This document shows positions 34,865 to 45,700 of a DNA stretch of 64,000 bases, one piece after another. A program made the translations under genes and the position numbers. The notes below the pieces were generated by a model. It made no database searches, had not been told where the DNA came from, and was given only the letters and a program-made list of their open reading frames with translations. The stretch comes from Flavobacteriales bacterium (GTDB taxonomy: Bacteria; Bacteroidota; Bacteroidia; Flavobacteriales_D; Crocinitomicaceae): positions 18,480 through 82,479 of the forward strand of contig JBJTMU010000010.1 in the NCBI GenBank assembly GCA_046070685.1, in the 5' to 3' direction. Every line of letters begins with the position of its first letter. Positions within the stretch are counted from its first letter, which is position 1.

Positions 34865-36220
34865 CTATTGCAGAACGATTTTTTTGGAACTACTTTGTCC
34901 CTTGATTTTAACATGGTAAATGCCTTTGTAAAGCACATCTGCGTTAAAATAGGCAATCGTACTTCCTTGAACGATTTGCTGTGTTTGAATTAGTTTGCCC
35001 AATGCATCGTATAATTCAACTGTTTGCGTTTGATTTGTTAAATCATTCAATTGAACCATAATGATATCGTTGCTTGGATTAGGATAAACAGACCAATCAT
35101 TTTCGTTTAATTCAATCAAACCAACATTTGATGTGTATGTCGTCACTGTCTCCGTAATAGAGCTTACTTTAGCAGCCGTCTTCACACCGTAAAAAGTGGG
35201 TCCAACAACATACGGATAAGCGGAATTCCATTGATCGTCAACAGTGGCGAAATAACAATAGATCCCATTTGGGTATTCCGGTGTAACACAAAATCGGCCA
35301 TTGTGAATGTCTAAAAAATCTCCTTCTGGATGACTGATAAATTCATAGTCTTCTCGAAAATAGCCCAAAGGATAAGTTGTACTTACCGCTGGACCATCTG
35401 GAACATCTGTTCCATCTGCCCAAATCGTTCGTGTGGATATATTTCGTAATTGATAACTTGATTTCATTCGGGTGATTCCACCTGATCCATCAACATTTTT
35501 GTAACCATAAGCTCCGTAAATAGGAAAACCATCGTATGCATAACCAATCAATGGTGAATGAACCATTGAGTCAATCACGTACAATCCATCGGCGTCATAT
35601 AAATCACAAACATTCGAAATTACGGTCAAATCGAGTTTAAATGCACTTGGATTTTGGTGATGGTGATAATTTCCTTGTGCAGGATGTCCTTTTGAACAAT
35701 CAAACCCTGGTTTTTCAGCTGGAACAGCATCTCTGTTCCATGGCATGTTCGCAGCGGGTCCTCCTGGACAAGGTGGATTTCCTGGGCCTCCACACAAGGC
35801 ATTCGTCGCGGTATTCCAAGCCACACCATCTCGGTAGTCAAACAAAGCGACGCCATTCACGAAAATCCCGATGTTTCCACCAGTAGTTGCGGTTAAGGTC
35901 CCTGTATTTTGTGCTGGATTTAACGGAATTTTAAAAATGGCATTTTGATTTGTCGCCAAAGATGGATTTCCATCCATAAATGGACCTGTTATGTAAGATG
36001 GTACGCCTGTTGTCGTCACATAGACCCAATTAGTGGAATATTGAACGTTTTGGACATTTGCTAACGTTGTTTCAATGATAGGTGTAGAATTACCTTGAAC
36101 ATAATGTCTTCCAGTTATTCCGGCCGTATTGATGAGCCAATGTTCAATGGCTGGATTCAATTGCGCTGATGCTTGCCATCCGCATGCAAACAAGAATAGA
36201 AATAGTGCATTTTTTCTCAT
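34865..36220 (-). CDS. YHYH-domain protein with T9SS C-terminal sorting domain
   Basis: Signal peptide. Motifs FDCSKGHPAQGNYHHHQNP and LDIHNGRFCVTPEYPNGIYCYFAT match the YHYH family pattern. The C-terminus VYPNPSNDIIMVQL...GIYHVKI...IVLQ is a type-A CTD. Confidence 0.75.
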   Translation of the reverse strand: MRKNALFLFLFACGWQASAQLNPAIEHWLINTAGITGRHYVQGNSTPIIETTLANVQNVQYSTNWVYVTTTGVPSYITGPFMDGNPSLATNQNAIFKIPLNPAQNTGTLTATTGGNIGIFVNGVALFDYRDGVAWNTATNALCGGPGNPPCPGGPAANMPWNRDAVPAEKPGFDCSKGHPAQGNYHHHQNPSAFKLDLTVISNVCDLYDADGLYVIDSMVHSPLIGYAYDGFPIYGAYGYKNVDGSGGITRMKSSYQLRNISTRTIWADGTDVPDGPAVSTTYPLGYFREDYEFISHPEGDFLDIHNGRFCVTPEYPNGIYCYFATVDDQWNSAYPYVVGPTFYGVKTAAKVSSITETVTTYTSNVGLIELNENDWSVYPNPSNDIIMVQLNDLTNQTQTVELYDALGKLIQTQQIVQGSTIAYFNADVLYKGIYHVKIKGQSSSKKIVLQ

Positions 36221-36249
36221 GGGTAAATAATTGTATTTAAAGTTAGAAG

Positions 36250-37293
36250 TTAATTTTTATCATTACTTGCGCTTCGCTCGTTTTTTGGAAACTTAAATGC
36301 CGGATTAAATAAAAACGTGGGGTCACTTAAGGTTTTTAAAAAGGCCAGTAAATCCTTTTGCTCATGGGCTGAAAGTGTGCGATTTAATTTCTTCAATTCT
36401 TTACTGTAATAAGTCTGATGAGAGTGTAGTTCTGCGTAATGAGACAGCACTTCTTTTAAACTTTTAAATCGTCCATCGTGCATATACGGGAAACTAAATT
36501 CAATATTCCGAAGGGTCGGTATTTTAAATAATAAGGAGTCCGATGCTCGATGCGTAATACCCATTCGACCCACATCCTTAAGCGCAGTTGAATACGGTAA
36601 GCCATTAGATTTAAATTCATTTTTGGTAAATAATGGTTCTTGATGACATGAAGCACAATACTTTTTGAAAAGCTGATAGCCTGATTTTTCTTGCGGAGAA
36701 AAGGAACTTTCTCCATTCTTTACGTGATCATACTTGGATTGAGCAGAAACCAACGACACCGTAAAATTTGCCAAAGCTTTGAGTAGATGGGAAGCTTCAA
36801 TCGCACTGTCGCCAAAAGCAGCATAAAATCTAGATCGATAAAATGTAGAGGCATTCAGTCGTCTTAATATTTCTTCAAGCGTATTGTCCATTTCCTTTGG
36901 ATGGGTGAGTGGATTGATGGCTTGTTTGTTTAGGGAACTAACTCCTCCATCCCAATGAAAAGAATTTTGCCAAGCAAGATTGATTAATACCGGAGCATTT
37001 CTGGTTCCTATTTGACCATCGATTCCATGACTGAGCGCGTGGTCAATGTGTGTGAATCCGGAATACTGCAAATGACAATTGGCGCATGAAATAGTGCTAT
37101 CTCTTGATAAATCAGGATCATAAAATAATGTTCGACCTAATTCAAATTTTTCTTCAGAAAGGGGATTGTACGAAAAATCATAGCTTGGTTTTGGCCATTT
37201 GGTGGGTATATAAAAAGGCGTGTCATTCCTCACACCTGCAAAGAAAAGAAGCAGTAAACAAAGGGATCCGAAAAACAAGGCAAATCTTTTCAT
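36250..37293 (-). CDS. Di-haem cytochrome c peroxidase/MauG-family enzyme (MbnH-like)
   Basis: Two CxxCH motifs (CANCH, CASCH), PTLRNIEFSFPYMHDG, and a size of 347 aa. Overlaps the upstream MbnP-like gene by 4 nt. Confidence 0.85.
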   Translation of the reverse strand: MKRFALFFGSLCLLLLFFAGVRNDTPFYIPTKWPKPSYDFSYNPLSEEKFELGRTLFYDPDLSRDSTISCANCHLQYSGFTHIDHALSHGIDGQIGTRNAPVLINLAWQNSFHWDGGVSSLNKQAINPLTHPKEMDNTLEEILRRLNASTFYRSRFYAAFGDSAIEASHLLKALANFTVSLVSAQSKYDHVKNGESSFSPQEKSGYQLFKKYCASCHQEPLFTKNEFKSNGLPYSTALKDVGRMGITHRASDSLLFKIPTLRNIEFSFPYMHDGRFKSLKEVLSHYAELHSHQTYYSKELKKLNRTLSAHEQKDLLAFLKTLSDPTFLFNPAFKFPKNERSASNDKN

Positions 37294-37940
37294 TCGGAAT
37301 AAAAATATGGGGAGAGTTTTTGGCAGTAATCTTTTGCTGTTTTTCCTGGAATCATTATTCGTTGAGCCTGCTGAAAGTCAACTGTGTTTTCAAAAAATGG
37401 TTTTAAATCGAGGATTAAATGAGTTCCTTTCAGGACTAATTCAACTGGTACCATGGTTTCATACGGTTGACGATAACCTCCTAAATGGTATTCAAATTGT
37501 TGGTCTGAAATAGGCAATGAAGAGGAAATACCGGTGCATTTAAATTGAATGTATCCAGAATTCCATGCCCAATACATGCCATTCATTGGATTAAGCGGAC
37601 CTTCGAGTATTTCTGAAACATGATATAAACTATCCATGCCAAAATGAAAGCTGATGGATTTGTAGTCTTTTACAGGGAAATCCTTAAAAATTGTCCAAGT
37701 GCTTGAATCTTCAGCATCGCAAAGAATTGGTTTAACAATGACTTGCTTTCTCCCTTCTTTTTCAAAAGTAAAGTCAGATAAATAGTATTTTATTTCTTGA
37801 AATGTCAGACTATCGGATCCTAGTTGGTACCATTTCCCCAAGGCAATTTCTTCAGTTCCCCAGTGCATCGAAACCTGTAATTGGGCAAAGGAATCAAGTT
37901 TAAAAACAAGTAGAAAACAAGAAAGAATCAGAAACTTCAT
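37290..37940 (-). CDS. MbnP-family protein (putative copper-binding partner of MbnH)
   Basis: Signal peptide. Motifs GMYWAWNSGYIQFKCTG and FEYHLGGY match the MbnP pattern I recall. It lies immediately upstream of, and overlapping, the di-haem peroxidase gene. Confidence 0.75.
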   Translation of the reverse strand: MKFLILSCFLLVFKLDSFAQLQVSMHWGTEEIALGKWYQLGSDSLTFQEIKYYLSDFTFEKEGRKQVIVKPILCDAEDSSTWTIFKDFPVKDYKSISFHFGMDSLYHVSEILEGPLNPMNGMYWAWNSGYIQFKCTGISSSLPISDQQFEYHLGGYRQPYETMVPVELVLKGTHLILDLKPFFENTVDFQQAQRIMIPGKTAKDYCQKLSPYFYSE

Positions 37941-38374
37941 CGCTTTTTAGTTGGCATTGGCTTGCCAGCCATTTCAATCATTCGACGGATCACGCGTTTC
38001 AATGCTTTTTTTTCTTGAGGATTACATTTTTCATTCACCCGAATAAAATGATTAAACGTGCAAGAATCGATTTGAAATTGAATGCGACTAATTTCTTCAA
38101 ATAGTTGTTGGTTTTTCGTTGAATGTGTTGCCGAAATACTAACTTTTTTTCGCAGGGATTTTTGCTGAGCTAAAAGTTTTTGTTTTTCCTGGATGTGTCG
38201 TTTGAATTCATGGTCCACCCAGCGAGCATTTTCACCTTTCATTCCGAGCGCCACACTTAATTTTGGCGGATGAGGAGGCATGTGATGCAGTCCTCTCGGA
38301 CACGAAAAAAGGAAGATGACGTTCAATATGACGATGATTCCTAAACAAACTAATAAAATACGATTCGTTTTCAT
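37937..38374 (-). CDS. Small envelope protein, possible Spy/CpxP/ZraP-like periplasmic metal sensor
   Basis: N-terminal hydrophobic segment with LFSC lipobox, His/Met/Pro patch LHHMPPHPP, and a helical Lys/Gln-rich body. Confidence 0.4.
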   Translation of the reverse strand: MKTNRILLVCLGIIVILNVIFLFSCPRGLHHMPPHPPKLSVALGMKGENARWVDHEFKRHIQEKQKLLAQQKSLRKKVSISATHSTKNQQLFEEISRIQFQIDSCTFNHFIRVNEKCNPQEKKALKRVIRRMIEMAGKPMPTKKR

Positions 38375-38384
38375 GCTTCTTGAA

Positions 38385-38615
38385 TTACATTGTCAGGTTT
38401 GAGCCAAAATTAGCATATTGTGTTTCAAAAATCTGATCCTCGTTCCATTTTTCTTTTGCGGACAGAAAATAAATCACATTGAACACAATCAAGGCACTCG
38501 TCAGGATACTGACAAGAACAGTTCGTGTTTTTATTTTTTGAACATAAACGGGACTCTTCAAAAGTTGCTCGTGAAGTTTGGCGCTTACTTCAATGATTTC
38601 AGTGGTTGGTTTCAT
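38385..38615 (-). CDS. 76-aa single-TM protein, candidate anti-sigma factor
   Basis: Cytoplasmic N-terminal ~35 aa, then TM VLVSILTSALIVFNVIYFL. It lies directly downstream of the ECF sigma gene. Confidence 0.4.
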   Translation of the reverse strand: MKPTTEIIEVSAKLHEQLLKSPVYVQKIKTRTVLVSILTSALIVFNVIYFLSAKEKWNEDQIFETQYANFGSNLTM

Positions 38616-38663
38616 GTGGAATATGTGTTTATTTGGATGTCTTTTAGCTTGTTAACTTGTGGA

Positions 38664-39236
38664 TTAAAGCCAGTTTTTTAGAATAGGATCCTTCAGTTGT
38701 TTGATTAATTGTTGCTTTGCTCGAAAAATGAGAGATTCCACTGCGGATAAGGATAACTGCATACTCTCACTAATTTCTAAGTAGCTGAATTGTTCAAAAT
38801 GATGTAAACTATACGCCACTCGTTGGTTTTCAGCTAATCGTTGTAAGGCGGTAAAAAAGACTTTTGCTCGTTCGGTTTCCATTAATTTTTCTTCCGGATT
38901 AAGCTCCCCTTGATCAGGAAATTGAATCAACGTTTCATCGATTTGAACGTGGATGCCAAAGCGTTTTTTTCGCCTTGCTCGTCGCATATATTCGAGGCAT
39001 TTATTCAAGGTAATCCGATGAATCCAAGTGGAAAGTTGCGACTCCCCTTTGAATGAATGCATGGACTGATAAATGGCAATAAAGATGTCTTGAGTGGCAT
39101 CTTCTGCTTCTTCTCGATTTTGCAACAAATGCCAACACATATTCAGGACTTTTTTTTCAAAGTGTTGAACCAACAATTCAAAGGTTTGAATGTCGCCTCG
39201 TTGCAAAGAAAGAATGTCTATTTCGACCGGCATCAT
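38664..39236 (-). CDS. ECF-type RNA polymerase sigma-70 factor
   Basis: Region 2 (EDATQDIFIAIYQSMHSFKGESQLSTWIHRITLNKCLEYMR) and region 4 (FSYLEISESMQLSLSAVESLIFRAKQQL). Confidence 0.9.
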   Translation of the reverse strand: MMPVEIDILSLQRGDIQTFELLVQHFEKKVLNMCWHLLQNREEAEDATQDIFIAIYQSMHSFKGESQLSTWIHRITLNKCLEYMRRARRKKRFGIHVQIDETLIQFPDQGELNPEEKLMETERAKVFFTALQRLAENQRVAYSLHHFEQFSYLEISESMQLSLSAVESLIFRAKQQLIKQLKDPILKNWL

Positions 39237-39272
39237 GTTCCTTAGATGTTCGTGCAGCGAAATCCTTGTGTT

Positions 39273-39722
39273 TTATTCAAAGAAAAGTCGACCATTTAAC
39301 CATTCAGGATCTAAAATAGCGTGTTGTTTTTGATAGAATCGGATGGCCGGTTCATTCCAATCCAGGACTTGCCAATCCATTCGTTTTACCTGTTTCCTCT
39401 TTGCCACGCGAAGGACTTCATCAAATAATAATTGTCCAACACCTAATTTCCTTTTGGACTCTTTCACGTAAAAATCTTCTAGATACAAACAAGCTCCTTT
39501 CCAAGTAGAGTAGGAGGTGTAGTATAAAGCAAACCCAATAATCTCTGAATCAATTTCTGCGACTATGGCTTCACAAAGTTGCTTGTCAAATAAATCAATG
39601 GAAAGTTGATTTTCTGTATTGCTTACCTGTTCAGGTGCTTTTTCATAGATGGCCAATTCTTGAATCAAGCCAAAAATAGCGGAAACATCAGATACTTGTG
39701 CAGGGCGTATTTTTGGTTCCAT
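39273..39722 (-). CDS. GNAT-family N-acetyltransferase
   Basis: 149 aa. The acetyl-CoA motif region reads RKLGVGQLLFDEVLRVAKRK. Its ATG overlaps the sprA stop (TAATG). Confidence 0.8.
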   Translation of the reverse strand: MEPKIRPAQVSDVSAIFGLIQELAIYEKAPEQVSNTENQLSIDLFDKQLCEAIVAEIDSEIIGFALYYTSYSTWKGACLYLEDFYVKESKRKLGVGQLLFDEVLRVAKRKQVKRMDWQVLDWNEPAIRFYQKQHAILDPEWLNGRLFFE

Positions 39723-42700
39723 TATTTCAATCCGTTCAAATCGAATCGCAATGTGATTCCTGTTTTTAAATTCCCCGTTGGATAACTGATAAAAACCTTC
39801 GGTGTATTCAGGAACTGTTCGTAATAGAAAATGGCACTTAAATGGTCGGACAACTTATAGTTTGCATCCAATTTAAAACTAACCGTTGTTTGACCGGCTG
39901 TTGCCTGGTTCGTTTGCTCAATGACTTTTCGAATCACCGTTGAATTGTCACGGAAGGAGAAATTAATATTGATTAATAAGTCACTTGGTTTTAAGCTGCG
40001 AACTGGTAATTTTAATTTTGGAACATTGATCACAGTTCCAACCACGATTTCTTTCCCTAGTACCTCGGTTACTTGGTTGTTATTCAAGGAAAGTGTCGTC
40101 TGACGATCTTTCTTATACTCAAAGTTTGTGGTAATATTTTTTCCAAGGATGTTCCAAGTTGCCAACATTCCAATGAGAGGGGAGAAGCGCTCAGAAATCG
40201 TAATATTTTGAATTTGCATCGGTGCAATAAAGTTGTTGTTTATGTCTTGAGCAGTCGCGTGTCCGTTCGCATCAACAGTCGCATTTAAATTGGTTTGCAT
40301 GCCGTTTACTGTCACTGAGGAAGAATAGCCATGGTTTAATTTAAATGATTTCACCACATCTTTGGCAAAGGCAAATTTGGATAATCCATTGTAATTGATG
40401 GTCCAGTTTGGCATAGGAACATTTGACAATGGATGAATGGATTTTGAATCAATGGATGAATTTGTGTAGGCTGTTAAGAATGCGCCCATGACAACTTCTT
40501 GTTGAGATCCTGAGTAACCACTATAATAACCATTTGGCAACAAAGTTGCATTTGGATTTTGTGAACCTAACAATTGTGAAACTTGCTGGCGGTTGTTCAA
40601 CATGTTTTGGAAGACAGTTGAAGAGAAATTTGCGCCTTCTTTGATAAATGCCGATCCCCAAGTCACAGTTGTATATGTCAAGGTACTTGTTTCGAATTTA
40701 CTTTGACTTTCGAATGCATTTGTGGTCGAATTCCAACGATAGAATTCTCCAGAATTCGCACTATAATTTCGACTTAAATTTAAGTTCACGTTCAAGTCTT
40801 TAATTGGTTCTAAAGTAGCTTTCAATTGAAGATTCGCCGTATGAGTTGTGGTAAATTGTTTATTCAAGTTCTCATTCTGAACGAGCCATTGATTGTCCCG
40901 TGCAAGTGTACTCACATTGTATCCGTTGCTTCTTCCAAGTAAATCATATCCTTGTTTTCCGAAAACAAAAGCGGACATCCCAAGACTTGAACCGTTCATT
41001 CCAAGTATGCTTGATTCTTGATTGTATCCTGGAAGCATCGTTCCATCTGTTAAGGCATATGTTCCAGAGACATTTCTAACACTCATAATTAAGCGTGCAA
41101 TAAAGCCACCAATTGGATTCACTTTTTCTTTTTCCTTATCCTTGATTTCTTGCAGACGTAATTGTTTGCGGTCAAAACGTTTTTTCTGACGTTCGTATTG
41201 CTTCAATTCTTTTTCCGTCATCTCCTCCACCGGTTTCTCAGGTTTGAATTCCGGTAGTTTTGCTGGTCCTGGTTTTGGTTTTGCTGCACCATCTCCGCCT
41301 TCGCTTCCAACTTTGGAATTAACGGCTCCCTTCATTCCTTTGCCATCGGATAATACACGTTTGAAATAGGGAACTTTGTTGTAAAGTGTCACCAAATTTC
41401 CTTGAAGCGTCATGTTGATGGTTCTGTTGTTTTGAATGGTATTTCCAAATGGCGCTTGACCAAGTGGTGCGCGTTGCCAGTTGAATGTTCCGGCATATTT
41501 CGCATTGGCAGTAATCCAGCTGGTCAATGGGAATTTATCTAATGGGATATTATAGCTCACACTGTAATTGTGGGTGTAATCCATGGTACGTCCAAAGGTG
41601 TTCATTTGCGAACGAATGGTATCCATGAATTCACGGTATCCTGCAGGATTTGTCACGCGATCCACGCCATGATTTCCTTCCACAAAGATCGATTTGTTCG
41701 TCGCGCTAAATGTCGCTTTTAAGTTTTTCGTTAAATCATATCCAACCTGATAGTTGCGATTCCAATCAAATCGTTTTAAGTAAATCGGGTCAAATTGATA
41801 GGTTGGAACGACAATATTTCGCACTTGACGCTCATTGTAAATTCTCGAGTAATCGTTCGTAAATGTGATGTTTTTAGGTAATAAGAATAGGTTAAATTCT
41901 TTCACCCATTTTAACCAAGGGGATTTTTGAACAGGCTCCCATTTTTTGAATGGTTCAAATGCTTTTCCTGCAAACGTATAATTGTAATTCAATGCACCTG
42001 TCCAAGTTTTTGTACGGTCAGCTGTGATATTGAAATCGTGTTTGAGATTTTCAGCAAAGGCATAAGTCGCTGACCAATTGGAAATACTCCAGAATTGAGC
42101 TTTCGTCCCTGCTTTCGCTTCTTTACGCACATTTGTAAAGTTATACGATCTGCGCTCAGTGAAATCTTGTCCTAATTTTGCTCGTTCTCTACGGGTCGCC
42201 ATATCATAACTTGACAGTTTGATATCTGGATTGAATGGATCGTATTCAGGATTGATTAATCCCAATGAATAGCCATAGAAGAATGGAAGTGAAACTCGTG
42301 CTTGTTTCCCGAAGAATTGACCCAACTGAACAGTGGTATTCATGTCGAATCCGATTTTCTGATTACGTTGACGATCTTGAACTCGGCTATCTACGCTTCC
42401 CCAATTGATACCTGAGTAATTTCCGGAAGCAGAAACATTGGCGAAATCAGCTAATTGAACTTGCATTTGTCCAATCGCAGCATCCCCACCATCGCTGACG
42501 AAATCAGTTAAACGTAACTCATTCACCCATACATTTACACATTCTGCATCTCCTGCATCTGGTTGCCAAATATTGTCTGGATCTGTTTTTAATGGATTTC
42601 GAACACCAATCATGATGGTTCTAATTCCTTGTAAATTTGGACTTCCCTTAACTTTTAATTTTCTTTGAGCATTTTGAGGATCCGTGATTTCGTACTCATT

Positions 42701-45700
42701 GATATAGGAAACGCCTGGCGCCCCTTGCTCCACTTTCTTGTTTCTTTCGGTCTTCAGATTGAGTAAATCATCAAATATAATTTCGACATTATTCAATTCC
42801 GGCCAAATCGTTTCTGGGTTTGTCGCTCCCCAATCAGTCACTTTTAATGGAAGTTCATACTCATAGTAATTCTCCACATAATCCGTTCCCAATCGAATGA
42901 AAACAGACAATTCATTTTCTTTTAATTGATTTTGTACCACTGATTCTGCGTGTACAAACATTTTTAGTTTTTTGTACGTGCGCACATCAAATTGAACATT
43001 ACGGTAAGCCGCTCTTGCATCACCATCTTGCAAATTACAAACCTCTAATACAAGTGATTGTTCATTCATTTGACGTTGGTACACTTGTGATGGATCGATT
43101 TCACGAGTAATCCCTGGAGGGATAACATAATTAATCGGTTGACGCTGTCCATTTTCCTCGATGTTCAATGCGGCAATATTGAAGGTCGTTAAATTTGGAT
43201 CAGTTTGAACACTCAATCCTGGTTGATTTAAATCTTGACTGTAACGACGCCATTCACCGCGAATTAATTCCAATCGAGCAAAGCGAAGAACCACTTCTTC
43301 ATCAAAGTTTTTCAAGTACATGCGCATGAAACGAATCGAACGAAAATCTTGGATGCCATTCACGCGTTTTTCAAATGCTTTTACCGGCACTTTGAATTGA
43401 TACCATGTTTCGGTTTTTGTTCCGTTTTGGTACACTTGTTTATTCGTGATAAAATTATTTCCAACTTGTTGAAGATCATTTGGACGCATGCTCACGTGGT
43501 ATTGGAAATAACTTTCACTTTCCGCCAAGTTATTATCCTGATTAATGTCTTCGTTGTCTGGTTGATTACTTGCTTGTGTTGGATATCCAGCTTGATTCGC
43601 GGTATCGGACATGGCAGAAGTCGGAGAGTTACCTTCCATGCCATTGTAACGCTTATAACGTTTGAGAATGTTCAATTGCTCGCTATCGTAGTTGTCATCT
43701 AAATAATACGTATAATCATCGTTCGATGGATCGGCAATCATTCTTGCTTTAGTTGCGGCATTCAGTGTTGGATTGTTTTGAACCCAATTAACATAGGCTT
43801 GATGTGCAGTCACTTCTTGGTTATCTTTCCACCCATCGATACCAACGTCTTGATTGACACGCGCTGCCGGATCATTATCAAAAGCATTCACCACAATTTG
43901 CTGAGTTGAAATGCGTGACCACGCCGTTGTATCCATATTATCGGTTAACGGAACATCAGTAGTTGGAGGGAGTCCATTTTCGAAACTTTTACGAGAATCA
44001 GGTAATACATCTTCCGAAATATTTCCCAGGTTAAAGTAAAGATCTCCACCAGTGTGAAGGGTATTTGGGTTAGCGTTTTCGGCATCTTCATTGAATGGAT
44101 CAAGTACCCAAAACTGAATGAATTCAATATTTGCTACTTCAAAGTCATTCGTGGTGAGTCCGCGCATAATTCCACCCCAGCGATTTTCCGGATTCGTAAA
44201 ATAACCCAAGGAATCAATAGTACTCGTTGTGTCGTAATTGTACATTCCACGTTCTGACGGATAATACGCCAATTCCAAGATGGGAATATTTTGAATGGAA
44301 CCGTATTGCTGTTGTAAATTCGGGAAGATGTCCACTTGATTGACCAAACGCATACGGCTATCTGTTAACATAGCTGGATTTTGCTTGATGTGTTGTGGCG
44401 TTAAAGATGTACTTTGATAGAACACTGGATCAATCGTGTACCAAACTGCTTTTGCACGTTTAAAGCCTGAATTCAGTTTTTTTGAACTTGCTTCTGGAAA
44501 TAAATCGGGTTGACCTTGTGGGATAGATGCCATTCTCCATGCGGAAAATTGGCGCAAATCGATGGCACTTTGACTTGCTTCAAAATCGTCCACATAAGAA
44601 GTTCCTGATTTATTGATGGCCTTTGGTTGACCAGGAATCAAATGAGCATATTCACCCGTTAAGGAAATGGTGGACATTTGATTGGTTGAAATCACTGGAA
44701 GTAAGTCCACCAATTTGGTTAAAATAGGCACGTTTGAACGGAAAGAGAAGTCTGTTCCTAAGATGGTATTTTTGAATGGTTCATTTCCAAAGTCGACTTT
44801 TTGTGTCACTGGTCGCTCCATCATTCGGATAGCCGTTGCACCGATTTTGAAGTTTTCGTTTAAACGATATTGGTAATGTCCACCCATCATTGAACGAGCC
44901 TGGAATCCAAAGACAGAGTTACTTTCGATGGTGATTTTAATAGGTGTATTTGACTCTAGAATTCCGGTATTCAAGATTTTTACTCGGCTGAATGCGTAAT
45001 CAACCGTATAATCAGTTCCTTCAATCAATCTGATTCCTCCCGCTGTTACAACGACTGCTCCTTGCGGGATGTTCATGACATTTAACGGAATTTCGGAACT
45101 AACAGAAGATTGAAATTCTCCTTTAAAAACAAAACGATTCTTACTAGGAATCTGTTGTGCTGCAGTTTTGGTTGAATCGTAAAGTTCAGTGTAGGCAATT
45201 TTATTGATATTCACCTGTGGAATCCCCACATCAGCTAATTTAGCTGCTAATGTTTTCCCAAAAGGCTCAACGGTGCTAAAGAAAATGCGTCCATTTTTCT
45301 TGTTAATCGTTCCTCCGTTGTCAATTTTGTTTCCAACCACATTAAATGGCGCAAAATCAAAAACACCATCCGAAAAAGGTTGGTTGTTTTGATTGATTTT
45401 ATCCATGTCTAACAAGGTCACAATTTGTTTTTTATCCACCCCAGGGAATGGCATAAACGGTTGAAGTAAAGAGGTTTCTTTGTTGTTGTAGTAAACATCA
45501 ATTTTGAAACCTAATTGATCAACTTGGTAAGCTCCAATGGAGTAAACGTTTTTCATCATCAAATCCCAAATTTTATTTTTTGGATTCGTGATGGTTGGTT
45601 TAATTAATTTAAGAATCAATGCTTGCTGACCACTTGCGCCATCTGTAGAGAATTCTCCTACCTGATAGGTCTGACCACGATACGTGTATTCATAGGCCAC

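Noticed and set aside
39237-39300. Search for an autoregulated ECF-type promoter (GAAC ... CGT spacing) upstream of the sigma gene.
   Set aside because: I could not identify a convincing -35/-10 pair by eye. GGAAC directly abuts the ATG, and GAAC occurs 15 nt upstream without a suitably spaced -10. No feature is reported.
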